From assembly GCA_043732305.1 (NCBI GenBank), contig JAYTHU010000217.1:1-23124 (forward strand): a stretch of 23,124 nucleotides of DNA, in the 5' to 3' direction. Positions 1 to 10,081 of the stretch are shown piece after piece. The DNA is from Oligoflexia bacterium (GTDB lineage Bacteria > Bdellovibrionota > Bdellovibrionia > JABDDW01). Position 1 is the first letter of the stretch; each line of letters starts with the position of its first letter. A program made the translations under genes and the position numbers. The notes beneath the pieces were generated by a model. The model was not told where the DNA came from and ran no database searches. It worked only from the letters and a program-made list of their open reading frames with translations.

Positions 1-2221
1 GACCTTCGTATAGAATCCGATAGTAGATGTAGTTCTTCAAAATCGATTTCACGTAAAAAGAAGTTTCTGCCAAAGGAAGTTCATCCACCCAAGTGTCATG
101 CATGGTGCCGCCCTGTGCTTTCATGAAAAGTCCAATGCGTGTGGGGCCAGCGTTATAAGAGGCCAAAGCTGTAGGAACATCTCCTCCAAATTTCTGTATT
201 AGCTCATTAAGATAGTAAGCACAGAAAATAATATTGTTTGCGGGAATAAAAAGATCTTTGGGAATCTCGATAGTGGTCGCACCTAATTGTTTTTTTACAT
301 CTTCCGCAGTGGGAGGAATCATCTGCATCAGACCGATAGCATTGCTTCGGCTAATGGCGTGATCTCTGAATCCACTTTCTTGTCTCATAACGGACAAAAG
401 CAGATAAGGATCAACGCCGGCTCTTTTTTTATCATCACTGACGTGAATCCAAAATTCTTTAGGGAAGAGTGTCTTCGCATTTTTCATCGTTCGAGCGTCA
501 GCGTTCCCGTCAAAAATATCACTCAGGAAACTAAAAGTTTTAAGATAATTCAAAGACTGCGCGTAAAGACTCGCGAGATAAAGCTCCTCGTCCATGCTTA
601 AAGTTCTTTGAGTCAGAAGACTCAATTCGTCTGATGCATCATCGTAAAGTCCCGCTAGAAATAAAACTTTGGCACGTTCAACCGCTTTCCATTCTTCTTG
701 ACTGAGACTTAACTTTAATTTCTTTTCCTCTACCTTGTTATTTGGAATTTCAAAATGAGGAAGCTTTTGATTAAGTTCGTTGTAGGCAATCAGTCCGTAA
801 TAAGTAAGGGGAAATCTATTTACAAGATCTTGTGCCACTTTTTTCATCAGTATAAGTTCGTTGCCTTTTTGTTTGTAGGCGCGGAAAAGCCAAAAGAGTG
901 AAACGAGATCTTGCTGGTTGGAGAGCTTCCTCGATCGAGCCATTTCCAAATGAGAAATGGCTTCGGACATATTTTTTTCGTTGATATCAATGAGGGCCCA
1001 CTGGATGCAACCATCAATAAATTCGTTCGACATAGAATAATAGCTTGATAGTCGTTTAAAATATTCTTTGGCTTTGCTGTAGTTGAGACTCAATTGATAG
1101 CTTCTTGCGGCCATATAAATATATTTTGCGGCTTTAACTGAATTCTCGGAATCATTGGCAGCTTTTCCGTAAAGTTGAGCGGCCTCGGGATATGATTGCA
1201 TGTCAAAAAGAATTTTTCCCCAATCGGTCATGCGATCCGCATCTAAATGCAAAAGCTCTTTAACAATCTTTCCTTTGTTGACTGAATTTCCTTGTGCGCC
1301 ACGACTTCTCTCAACTTCTTTACTCAAGATTTCCAAAAGTTTGTCCTGAGCCCATTTGCTTTTCACGCTAAGTGGGAATTTTCTTATCAGTTGCACTAAA
1401 GCGTCCGCCGCTGTGGGCACATCATTTTTTGAGAGGCCCATTTGAGCCTGGTAGGCCAACTCATTTTCTTCAGACGAGGGAACCAAAAGTGGAGCGTCCT
1501 GGAGAACAGCAACTCTCACTCTATTTGCGTCGTAATATTCTTTCACTGCTTTTGAAACGAGAGGCAACACATTTTTCATTTTATTTTCAATGGAAATTCC
1601 AGCATCATAATCTGTGGCTCGAGAAAAATATGTGAAGGCATCATTCCACTTGCGATCAGAAATCATCAAATCGCCAACGTCAGAATAAAACTGTCCTCTC
1701 TGTGCTTTAGTCATGAGAGCCTCACGGTCAAACATTTTTGCAATTTCAGGCTTGACGACTTTCCACTGAGACTTTGCAACCAATTGAGAAATAGTTTTAA
1801 GTCTCAGTCCAAGGAGAAAATCTTTGTCTTTTGACTTCGTAAGTTTCTGAGATTTTTCAATTTTATTAATTGAACTCAGCATCTCTGCACCACTAATTTT
1901 TTCATCGTCCAAAGCTTTCTGTGCGCAACGCAGTTCCGTAATGTTTGCCCGATCAACAACAATGCTCTTCGGACTCACAAGTGACGCCGAGTGCATGCAG
2001 CCTTCAAATTGACCGGCGATTTCATAGATCACTGCACGAGTCAAAGGGTCCTTCACAGACTTTGCTTTTTTTATAAGCTCGGGAGAACTATAATTGATCC
2101 ATCGCTCAGCTTGCGGAATCATCGCCAATTCAACATTTTCTGTTTTAACAAACCCTGCTTGAAGCAGCGCCAGAATTAAAGCAAATACTACGCTAATGAG
2201 AGTGGAAATTTGTTTTTTCAT
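1..2221 (-). CDS. slt: Soluble lytic murein transglycosylase (Slt70-like: N-terminal signal/TM segment, helical TPR-like region, C-terminal SLT domain); 3' end runs off the window
   Basis: Not in the ORF track (no stop in window). Manual translation of both ends in one frame: ATG at 2221 (ATGA overlap with the upstream stop) gives MKKQISTLISVVFALILALLQAG. The C-terminus has SLT motifs MRQESGF..AISRSNAIGLMQMIPPTA, ASYNAGP and ETSFYVKSILKNY. Confidence 0.9.
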   Translation of the reverse strand, partial: MKKQISTLISVVFALILALLQAGFVKTENVELAMIPQAERWINYSSPELIKKAKSVKDPLTRAVIYEIAGQFEGCMHSASLVSPKSIVVDRANITELRCAQKALDDEKISGAEMLSSINKIEKSQKLTKSKDKDFLLGLRLKTISQLVAKSQWKVVKPEIAKMFDREALMTKAQRGQFYSDVGDLMISDRKWNDAFTYFSRATDYDAGISIENKMKNVLPLVSKAVKEYYDANRVRVAVLQDAPLLVPSSEENELAYQAQMGLSKNDVPTAADALVQLIRKFPLSVKSKWAQDKLLEILSKEVERSRGAQGNSVNKGKIVKELLHLDADRMTDWGKILFDMQSYPEAAQLYGKAANDSENSVKAAKYIYMAARSYQLSLNYSKAKEYFKRLSSYYSMSNEFIDGCIQWALIDINEKNMSEAISHLEMARSRKLSNQQDLVSLFWLFRAYKQKGNELILMKKVAQDLVNRFPLTYYGLIAYNELNQKLPHFEIPNNKVEEKKLKLSLSQEEWKAVERAKVLFLAGLYDDASDELSLLTQRTLSMDEELYLASLYAQSLNYLKTFSFLSDIFDGNADARTMKNAKTLFPKEFWIHVSDDKKRAGVDPYLLLSVMRQESGFRDHAISRSNAIGLMQMIPPTAEDVKKQLGATTIEIPKDLFIPANNIIFCAYYLNELIQKFGGDVPTALASYNAGPTRIGLFMKAQGGTMHDTWVDELPLAETSFYVKSILKNYIYYRILYEG

Positions 2222-3741
2222 GGGGAGACGTCATCCTTTTCGAGAAGTTCGTAGTTCTGAATATCAGTGTTATTATTCTCAAACATTTGTTTGGAAAAAT
2301 AAACCACTACTTCGTCCATTGCCGGACGTAGCTTAAAAACACGAAAATAGTAACTCTGCGACAGCGCGGCATCAAAAAGTGGCTTATTTATCACGTCTGT
2401 GAAAATGACTGCCGCATCCGGGAGTAGAGCATCCGGGGCTTCCAGATTATTCAAAAGGCCCGAGGACGGTATGTCCGAATAATAATAGCTATGAGTAAAA
2501 TCGGCCAAAAGCCAAGGCATAGGCCACTGACTTTTCATGACAACAATTAAGGGTTCGTTGAGAACTTCTGGATTTTTCAATCGAGCCTGCTGAATCACCT
2601 TCATCACGTCCATGACTTCAGGCAATGTTTGGACATACACGTAGGGTTCAGTCTGATCAGTGAACTTAACAAAATTGAGAGAAATAGCCCGTTCAAGATC
2701 ACTCACTGAAAACAGTAATATTACAAATATGACTAGTAGCTTGTTCAATGGCTTTAAGCTTTTTTCCAACAAAAAATCAAAACCGTAAGCAGCCGAAATC
2801 AATAAAGGAAAAAGTAGTGTTTCAGAACACCACGGAGTTTTGTAAGGGATCCAACTGTAAATAATCAGTTGGATGAGACCAAATATGGAAAAAAAAGATA
2901 ACGACTTTTTCTTTTTTGAAAAAACGAATGCAATAGCCGCGACGATTCCTACAAGTGCAAAGATCTCGTAGTGAGAAAATAATGTGAGCCAATAAGTGAC
3001 CGTTTTCTCGTGACCGTTTCCTTGAATCCCCGTTTTAAGCCAAGGCAAGTAGGCCTTGAAGAAGGAAGCAATACCGCGAAGATTTCTAAAAAAACCGGAA
3101 TAAAAGATGAGAACAATCAGTGAACTCACGGCAATCGGAATCCACTTAAATTTTAGCTTGTTTCGATTTTCATCTTTAAAAAAAACGCGACTTCCAGTAG
3201 CAGCAATAAGAAAACAAATCGCGCTGATCGTCCAGGTTTCTTTGGTGATCACGCACCCTGCAAAAGCAAGACTCCATACCCACGGAAGATTGCGGAAAAA
3301 TCCAAAAATAAATAGCAGAGCGAAAAAGACAAACTCGGATTCATGAATGGAGTAGCGGCTATAGAAAATCATTCCAGGGGAGATCGCTATAAAAAATGCT
3401 GCCAGCCAAGCTACCCGCTGAGGAATAACTTTTTTAAATTCCAGCATAAGCCAGACGGTCATTATTCCAAATACAGCCGAAGGGAGTCTGAGTGCTAAAA
3501 GCGAATGGCCCATGAAAAATTTAAATAAAATAATCAGATAGAAGTGCAAGGGCCCATGGTAGTTCGTCGGATCATAATTGTAGTAACCCATGGAAATCGC
3601 TTGATCGGCAAACCAGCCATTGATTCCCTCGTCAAAGTGCGGCGGCTTCCATTCGAGAAATAATAATCTCAAAACTGTGGCAAGAATTAGAATCGAAGCA
3701 GGAATCAATATTTTTTTTAGTCTGGACAATTTTGTAGTCAT
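2218..3741 (-). CDS. Multi-pass GT-C fold glycosyltransferase (PMT_2/ArnT/GT39-like; TIGR03663/Agl23-like)
   Basis: 507 aa with many TM segments; motifs PHFDEG, YDPTNYHGPL, YSRYSIHE, YKTPW and YVYVQT typical of this family. Confidence 0.8.
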   Translation of the reverse strand: MTTKLSRLKKILIPASILILATVLRLLFLEWKPPHFDEGINGWFADQAISMGYYNYDPTNYHGPLHFYLIILFKFFMGHSLLALRLPSAVFGIMTVWLMLEFKKVIPQRVAWLAAFFIAISPGMIFYSRYSIHESEFVFFALLFIFGFFRNLPWVWSLAFAGCVITKETWTISAICFLIAATGSRVFFKDENRNKLKFKWIPIAVSSLIVLIFYSGFFRNLRGIASFFKAYLPWLKTGIQGNGHEKTVTYWLTLFSHYEIFALVGIVAAIAFVFSKKKKSLSFFSIFGLIQLIIYSWIPYKTPWCSETLLFPLLISAAYGFDFLLEKSLKPLNKLLVIFVILLFSVSDLERAISLNFVKFTDQTEPYVYVQTLPEVMDVMKVIQQARLKNPEVLNEPLIVVMKSQWPMPWLLADFTHSYYYSDIPSSGLLNNLEAPDALLPDAAVIFTDVINKPLFDAALSQSYYFRVFKLRPAMDEVVVYFSKQMFENNNTDIQNYELLEKDDVSP

Positions 3742-3757
3742 TACGGATTATTGTGGC

Positions 3758-4519
3758 ATGTCAGACCCTGTCCTTTCAATTGTTCTTCCAGCATTCAATG
3801 AGTCGCGGCGCATCGAACGGTGCATTGATGATTTGCGAAGTTTTATGAAAATTATTCCACTTCCTTGGGAAGTCATTTTGGTTGTTGAAAAAAGCACGGA
3901 TGACACAGTTTCAAAGGCACGTGCCAGAATCGGCGATGACCAACGTTTCATTCTGATCGAAAACATCGTCAAAAAAGGAAAAGGCTTTGCCGTAAAAACC
4001 GGAATGCTCAAAAGTCGAGGTGAAATTGTATTTTTCATGGACGTAGATATGTCGACTCCTCTCGTAGAACTTTTTCACTTTTTAGGTGAGTTTGAAGCCG
4101 CGCCTGAGGCTCAAATTCTGATTGGCGATCGCAAACACCGCGGAAGTCAGATCATCAAAGCGCAAACTGATACGCGAAAGAAAATGGGCGAAATATTTAA
4201 CGTCTTGGTTCAAAAATTTGCTATCAAAGGAATTCGGGACACGCAGTGCGGATTCAAAGCATTCAGAAAAGCTTCGGTAAGACCGATTTTTGAAAGATTA
4301 AAAACCAACGGATTTGCTTTTGACGTTGAGGTTTTAGTTTTGGCTTCCAAACTGGGCTTCAAAGTAAGCACTCTACCTGTCAAATGGATCAATTCGAAAG
4401 AATCGAAAGTGCATATTTTCAGAGACAGCTGGCTCATGTTTTGCGATCTATTGCTGATCAGGCTGAGGGTTTGGCGGTCCCTGAAGTCTTTGCCTGCATC
4501 AAGTCAAAAAGAGCGCTGA
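3758..4519 (+). CDS. Glycosyltransferase family 2, polyprenol-phosphate (dolichyl-phosphate beta-glucosyltransferase-like) hexose transferase
   Basis: LSIVLPAFNE, STDDT, GKGFAVKTG, FMDVDMS (DxD), DTQCGFKAF, GFAFDVE. Start moved from 3620 to ATG 3758 to avoid overlapping the divergent gene. Confidence 0.88.
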   Translation: MSDPVLSIVLPAFNESRRIERCIDDLRSFMKIIPLPWEVILVVEKSTDDTVSKARARIGDDQRFILIENIVKKGKGFAVKTGMLKSRGEIVFFMDVDMSTPLVELFHFLGEFEAAPEAQILIGDRKHRGSQIIKAQTDTRKKMGEIFNVLVQKFAIKGIRDTQCGFKAFRKASVRPIFERLKTNGFAFDVEVLVLASKLGFKVSTLPVKWINSKESKVHIFRDSWLMFCDLLLIRLRVWRSLKSLPASSQKER

Positions 4520-6431
4520 GAATTTTTTCAGCATCGTTTAAAATTTTCTGATCTTTTTTAAGCTCTCCCACCGTTTGCTCGGGTGCAAAGCTCATCACTT
4601 CACAATGGCTTAACAAACTTATAATTTTTTCGCGCAGCTCAGGGGTCAAACCGGAAATGCTGTTCATCATTTGTTCAGCGGTCTGAGCCACACCACCGGC
4701 TCCAGAAACTTGTCCAAGCACACTTAATACCGCATTGGTGATCTCAACACCTGCAGAACGCCAATCCCCTTCTTCGCATTTTTTTCGCGCCGTTTTCAAT
4801 TTCAAGCGCGCCCGTTTTTTAATATCGTCATGATCTGCGAACTTATGTTTTAAATAAATTCGTCTCCAGCTGATCAAGAGCCAGGCGAGAGGAGCGAGAA
4901 ACATCAAGGCCCAAAGGAGCATCATAATCTGAGATGAAAAGCCAAACTTGCTGGGAGATGTCTTTAGAAATCGTAACTCTTTGATTACCGGCGCCGAACT
5001 GAATGCATTATCACCACCAGTCAGTGGCGAAGAGGCAACAGAGCCTGAGCCATCGCCAGGGAGAACTTTGAGTTTGAATTCGGGAGTTTGTTTGACGACA
5101 TACTTAGCCGTTTGAGGATCAAAGAAACTCAAACTCATAGGCGGAATTATCGCATCCCCAATATTTCTAGGAATAACCAAAACTTCAAATTCAATAAATG
5201 CATCACCCGTTTTACTGAATTGTGATTCCCTTTTGGTGTCATAAATTTCTAAGTTTGTAGGAAGATCCAAATGTGGAAGCTCAATAGCCTTCACATTTCC
5301 TTTTCCCTGAAATCTAATTTTTAAACTCACGGGCTGATTTACTTTCACACTCGAGCTACTCAGAGAGCCGGTGATATTAAATTTTCCAACAGCTCCGGAG
5401 AAACTTGCCGGGCGCCCCTCAGTGGGAAGTGGCATGACTTCTATCGGCAGTTCCTGACTTGATTTAGTGTAAGTGTACGGATGACCCATGCCGAACATAC
5501 CCATTCCACCACCACTGGTGTCAATCACGGTGGCTTTTGCTTTAAATGGATCAATAATTTTCCGGCCTGCAGCGATCGGAAAGATAGCATATGAAACCAG
5601 AAGCGCACGATTGTATGCCGCTCCATTCACAACTTCCTGCTGGAAATTCAAACGCTGGGAGATTTCTAAATCCTCTTTCCAAAAGCCTTTGAGCTCCGGG
5701 TATTTCAAGGCATCGAAATCAGTTAAACTTCCCTTGGTATAAAGATACCAAGTGGCCACAATTTGTTCGCCCACGTAGACTTTTTTCTTATTGGCTTCGA
5801 CAGAAATGAAAAAAGCATTTTTGTCCATTTGAGGCGCTGACTTTACCGTACCACCGGGGCCAACCATAAATCCGCGATTGCGCAAAAGCTGGGTGAAGAG
5901 ATCGTCTTCATCATCTCCATTTAGGCCGCCAGCCCCAAATCCGGGAGGAACATTTGCGGAGTCATCGTCTTGCCGAGGCTGACTTTTTGCACTACGATTT
6001 TTCGCCATGTTACCAGGTTGCGATTTTGGATTCGAGCCTGCTGCAGTGACAGTGATTTTTATAGGTGCAGATTCTAATTTTTTCCCATCTACATCTAAAG
6101 TTGCAGCGCCAATCACAATCGTGCCCGCTTTTTGCGGAGACAGCTGATAATCGTAGGTAAGTTGCTTTAGAAAAACAAATTTGCCATTCATGTAACGGCT
6201 TGTCGAGGAAGACTTTACGTAGCTTCCCATGACTTCAAAATCTTTAAGATCAGGCAAACTAGGGTGAACATCATCGAGATCGGAGTCACCAGTAATTGTG
6301 AGAGAAAGCGTCAACACATCTTCCTGGGTCACATTTGTTTTATCCACCGTGGCCATGAGCTTTACTTCGGCCAAGGCATAAGCGCTATGAAAGAAAAGAA
6401 TTATGAGAATCGAACTACCAATCTTTTTCAA
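4458..6431 (-). CDS. batD: BatD-family protein
   Basis: Signal peptide, repeated beta-sandwich BatD-like segments (KKKVYVGEQ, FSGAVGKF, GKGNVKAI), C-terminal TM; last gene of the bat operon. Confidence 0.85.
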   Translation of the reverse strand: MKKIGSSILIILFFHSAYALAEVKLMATVDKTNVTQEDVLTLSLTITGDSDLDDVHPSLPDLKDFEVMGSYVKSSSTSRYMNGKFVFLKQLTYDYQLSPQKAGTIVIGAATLDVDGKKLESAPIKITVTAAGSNPKSQPGNMAKNRSAKSQPRQDDDSANVPPGFGAGGLNGDDEDDLFTQLLRNRGFMVGPGGTVKSAPQMDKNAFFISVEANKKKVYVGEQIVATWYLYTKGSLTDFDALKYPELKGFWKEDLEISQRLNFQQEVVNGAAYNRALLVSYAIFPIAAGRKIIDPFKAKATVIDTSGGGMGMFGMGHPYTYTKSSQELPIEVMPLPTEGRPASFSGAVGKFNITGSLSSSSVKVNQPVSLKIRFQGKGNVKAIELPHLDLPTNLEIYDTKRESQFSKTGDAFIEFEVLVIPRNIGDAIIPPMSLSFFDPQTAKYVVKQTPEFKLKVLPGDGSGSVASSPLTGGDNAFSSAPVIKELRFLKTSPSKFGFSSQIMMLLWALMFLAPLAWLLISWRRIYLKHKFADHDDIKKRARLKLKTARKKCEEGDWRSAGVEITNAVLSVLGQVSGAGGVAQTAEQMMNSISGLTPELREKIISLLSHCEVMSFAPEQTVGELKKDQKILNDAEKILSALFDLMQAKTSGTAKPSA

Positions 6432-8193
6432 CTTGTTTCTCCGGGTGCTTTTTATTTTCTTTATATTGCTTAGCTCTAATCTCTTCTTCTTGCCGCTTTA
6501 ATTCATCAAGAATACGCCGCACATCATTTTCATTCAAGGATTGGCTTTTGAAAGGCTTGGGCTGCGGCTTTTTCTGTTCTTCAGGTTTCTGCGGCTGCGG
6601 ATTTTTTTTGTCTTTTGAATCTTTCTGGTCTTTCGAGTCTTTCTGGTCTTTCGAGTCTTTTGAATCCTTGGGATCTTTTTTATCATCCTTGCCGTCGCCA
6701 CCGCCGCCGTGCTTATCTTTTAAAGCAAGTTCAATGTTGGTTTTGGTCTCTTTCGAATCAGGATTATATTCAAGCGCCTTCTGATAATATTTAAGTGCGT
6801 CTTCGATGTTTTTCATCTCGACGGCAATATTGCCTGCATTGAACATGGCTTGAAATTTCAGACCACTCGTAGCTTGAGAAAGCTTCTCAACCGCCTTGAA
6901 TTCCGCGAGCGCTTTTTCTTTATCACCATTTTTAAAAAGATTATCACCCAGATTAAAATGCAAAGTCGCGTTGTAGGGATCGCGCGAAAGCCCATCTACA
7001 AAATTTTTGAAAGCCTCAGGATAATTTTCCGCTCGATAGTTTTTAACTCCGTCATTATTGTCTTCAATCGTGGGGGGAGCAAATGCTTGAGCGCTCGGAG
7101 ATAATAAAATTAACAATAAAGTTAATGTTGCGCCCGTTTCAAAACGACCGGCCCATGCCTTTTGAGATTTTTTTCGATCACCCATGCTGATTTCAAGCAG
7201 AGCAAGCAGCAAGGCGATGATTAAAGGAATTTGAAATTTCTCATCGTAGTCTGTGGCCATTTGAGATTTGAAATCTGCTCTCTGTAGCTTACTAAAATCA
7301 CTCACTAGATTTTTGATTTCTGATTCGTCAAAGGTGCTGTGATAAAAACTTCCCTGTCCTGCTCGAGAAATTTTTGAAAGACCCTCATCACTAGGGATAC
7401 TCAAAACGGGCTGATTGCTAGAATCTTTTTTGTAACCTTGAAGGTTTCCGCGATCATCTCTCATGGGAATAGGAGCGCCACGAGCCGTTCCGAACCCTAG
7501 CGCAAACACGCGTATGCCATGATCCACGGCCAATTTCACCGAGGGGATTCCACCAGGCTCATTGTCTTCACCGTCAGATGCAATCAACAAAACGCGAGTA
7601 GGTTTTGTTCCGTCCATTCCCTCAACACCACCCCGCTCAAAAGCTCTGATCGATTCATCCACGACTTCTTTAAAATTAGTTCCTTGAGTACTCACCGAAT
7701 TTGTGCTCAGAGAATCTAAGTACATTCGTAGAGCTCCGTGATCGGTAGTCATCGGTGAAACTAAAACTGCGGCCCCAGCAAAAGCAATGATGCCAATACG
7801 ATCGCCTTCCAATTGATCAAGCAGTCGATTGATTTCATGTTTTGCATGCTCTAACCGCGAAGGCTTATCGTCTTCGGCAAGCATGCTGTTAGAAACATCG
7901 AGTGCAATGATCATCTCTAAACCGGTTTGTTTAATTTCCGTTCGTCGGGCTCCCATTTGCGGGCGAGCCAAAGAAACAGCAAAAAAACACAGGATCGCAA
8001 TTTGCAAAGTGATTATTATTTTTCGACGAGTAAGACTCAAAGTCTCGGTTAGAAAATCGACGTGACTTTTTCCGAAATACTTCTCTACTTGCTTACGTCC
8101 CCAGAAAAGAACAAGACGGGCGAATATATAAAGTCCTGCTGCTACCCAGAAAAACTGCAGCCACAAAGGATCCGCAAACCGAAGTAAGTTCAT
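6415..8193 (-). CDS. batB: BatB-BatC fusion: vWA domain, TM segments, TPR repeats and charged low-complexity tail ending KDW
   Basis: LARPQMG, MIDAS DVSNSM, SDGED; TPR motifs (FNAGN, ALKYYQKALEYNP); C-terminal VEKDW typical of BatC. Confidence 0.85.
   Translation of the reverse strand: MNLLRFADPLWLQFFWVAAGLYIFARLVLFWGRKQVEKYFGKSHVDFLTETLSLTRRKIIITLQIAILCFFAVSLARPQMGARRTEIKQTGLEMIIALDVSNSMLAEDDKPSRLEHAKHEINRLLDQLEGDRIGIIAFAGAAVLVSPMTTDHGALRMYLDSLSTNSVSTQGTNFKEVVDESIRAFERGGVEGMDGTKPTRVLLIASDGEDNEPGGIPSVKLAVDHGIRVFALGFGTARGAPIPMRDDRGNLQGYKKDSSNQPVLSIPSDEGLSKISRAGQGSFYHSTFDESEIKNLVSDFSKLQRADFKSQMATDYDEKFQIPLIIALLLALLEISMGDRKKSQKAWAGRFETGATLTLLLILLSPSAQAFAPPTIEDNNDGVKNYRAENYPEAFKNFVDGLSRDPYNATLHFNLGDNLFKNGDKEKALAEFKAVEKLSQATSGLKFQAMFNAGNIAVEMKNIEDALKYYQKALEYNPDSKETKTNIELALKDKHGGGGDGKDDKKDPKDSKDSKDQKDSKDQKDSKDKKNPQPQKPEEQKKPQPKPFKSQSLNENDVRRILDELKRQEEEIRAKQYKENKKHPEKQVEKDW
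6611..6676. repeat. Intragenic 9/18-bp tandem repeat encoding KD(P/S/Q) triplets (KDPKDSKDSKDQKDSKDQKDSKD)
   Basis: tctttctggtctttcgag occurs twice in tandem with degenerate 9-nt units on both sides. Confidence 0.8.
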
Positions 8194-9194
8194 GGCACCC
8201 TCCTAAAAATCGTTCGCTCTAGAATAAACTGCAAAATATAAATGAGAAGTGCCGCTATTAGCCATGACTCATATAGCTCTGTGTATTTCACATAATGATC
8301 GGTAGAAATTTTTGATTTTTCTAAACTGTTGATTTCATGAAAAACATTTTTAAGTGCGTCCGAGTCAACCGCACGATAAGACTTACCGCCGGTTTCTTTG
8401 GCAATATTCACTAACAAATCAGTGTTTACCGTCGAGTGAATAGATTGATAACGTTTAATTTTTCTGCCAAACGCGTCCACCACATATACGGGCATTTGCG
8501 ATTCACCATCGCGCCCAATTCCTATGGTGTAAACTTTAATGCCGTAACCCTTAGCGATTTCCGTTGCGGTGTCTGGGTCAATTGTTCCACTATTATTTTC
8601 GCCGTCGGTCAGCAAAATGATAATGCGACTTTTTGCGGTCGATTCTTTCAGTCTAGCCACAGCATTGGCAAGCGCCACGCCGATGGCGGTACCTTGTTTA
8701 ATATTATCTGTTGTGACTGTCGCGAGGCTTTCAAGCAAGACATTGTAATCCATAGTGAGAGGACAGCGAGTGTAAGATTCGCCAGCAAAAATAATCAGAC
8801 CAATCCGATCACTGGCTCGTCCTTTGACAAAATTTTTCACTACAGTTTTAGCGGCGGTGATTCGATTCTCCGGTTCCATGTCTTCAATTTCCATAGAGTC
8901 AGAGACGTCAATAGCCACCATTATATCGATGCCCTCAACGTTGCGATTCACTTTCGAATTTGCCATTTGCGGCCGAGCCAAGGCGACGATCGCCAAAACC
9001 AAAGCTACTATTTTAAGAAAATAAGGAATGAATTCAAATTGGGCACGCATGCTGGGACTGATTTTTTTTAATATAGAATCAGAGCTGAATCTCAGACTCC
9101 CGCGCTTTTTTCTTTTGTCTTCAAAGAAACTCGAGAAAAAAACAATCGCAACGGGAATAAGAAAGAAAAACGCCCAGGGTGCTGCAAACTTCAT
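8190..9194 (-). CDS. batA: BatA vWA-domain protein
   Basis: ALARPQ, EGIDIMVAIDVSDSM (MIDAS), GTAIGVAL, LLTDGENNSG, IKVYTIGIG, TGGKSYRA. Confidence 0.9.
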   Translation of the reverse strand: MKFAAPWAFFFLIPVAIVFFSSFFEDKRKKRGSLRFSSDSILKKISPSMRAQFEFIPYFLKIVALVLAIVALARPQMANSKVNRNVEGIDIMVAIDVSDSMEIEDMEPENRITAAKTVVKNFVKGRASDRIGLIIFAGESYTRCPLTMDYNVLLESLATVTTDNIKQGTAIGVALANAVARLKESTAKSRIIILLTDGENNSGTIDPDTATEIAKGYGIKVYTIGIGRDGESQMPVYVVDAFGRKIKRYQSIHSTVNTDLLVNIAKETGGKSYRAVDSDALKNVFHEINSLEKSKISTDHYVKYTELYESWLIAALLIYILQFILERTIFRRVP

Positions 9195-10081
9195 AAATCT
9201 CCCCGATACAAAATTCTTCCTACTTCTTTAGCCATGTCTATCAAACTGGAACATTTTGTTTCAGAGGTTTCGATCTTGGCAAATTTAATTTGGTCCAAAG
9301 ATGTCATAATGGATTCGAGTAGTGCCCCGACTTCATCGTGGAAATTTCTATTATTTTTAAGAACTTCGAAAAATTCTTCTGATGTTAAATCTTCTGCTGG
9401 AAAAGAGAATTTCTCACCAATCGCTTTTTTAATAATCACGGTGAGCGCGAGTGCAAATCCTTTATATTCTCCACGAATATGAAAACCCTGGGATTCTAAT
9501 TTTTGAAGAGCGAGAGTGTATTTCTCTCGAGGAGTAATAATTTTTATTTCCCCCGCGACAGCTTTTTTAAGCGCTCGGGCTTTTTTCCAATCGATGAACT
9601 TTTTAATTACAATCGCTAGGGTGACAGCGAGAAGCGCTCCCCACATGGCCCACCACCACCATGGTGAAGAAAGCATTCTTGGATCTATCAGAGGAAAAGG
9701 TTGAGGAGGATTCTTCTGTGTTTCCGCAGTTTCTGGAGGCAATACCGATTGCACGGTAAAGCTAAAGGGAGAGCTTTGAAAAACCTGATCGTCAATTTTT
9801 AATGTAACGTTCGAAAAATCGTGATGCCCGACTTTGTAACTTGTGAACGTGGCCTCAAGAATTTTATCTGAGATTTTAGGTTCACCCAAAATAACCAAAT
9901 CATGAGGATCGCTGCCATGAGGATCGATAACAATCGTTTGCGCCGGCGTTCCCGCCAAAGACGAAGGCTTGAGTGACTCATCAATTGCGCATTTAAAAAG
10001 CAACTTCTGCCCAACGGTGATATTTTCGCTCGTGGACGGACCACAACTCAAAACTGGAAGTTTTATCGATGCTTTATTCAC
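9191..10081 (-). CDS. Bat-operon associated single-TM hypothetical protein
   Basis: 296 aa with a central TM (WWWWAMWGALLAV) and C-terminal DQIKFAK motif; 4-nt overlaps with both neighbours; lies between DUF58 and batA. Confidence 0.75.
   Translation of the reverse strand: MNKASIKLPVLSCGPSTSENITVGQKLLFKCAIDESLKPSSLAGTPAQTIVIDPHGSDPHDLVILGEPKISDKILEATFTSYKVGHHDFSNVTLKIDDQVFQSSPFSFTVQSVLPPETAETQKNPPQPFPLIDPRMLSSPWWWWAMWGALLAVTLAIVIKKFIDWKKARALKKAVAGEIKIITPREKYTLALQKLESQGFHIRGEYKGFALALTVIIKKAIGEKFSFPAEDLTSEEFFEVLKNNRNFHDEVGALLESIMTSLDQIKFAKIETSETKCSSLIDMAKEVGRILYRGDL

Noticed and set aside
287..2179. Short plus-strand ORFs (287-601, 1372-1635, 1991-2179)
   Set aside because: Antisense to the lytic transglycosylase gene.
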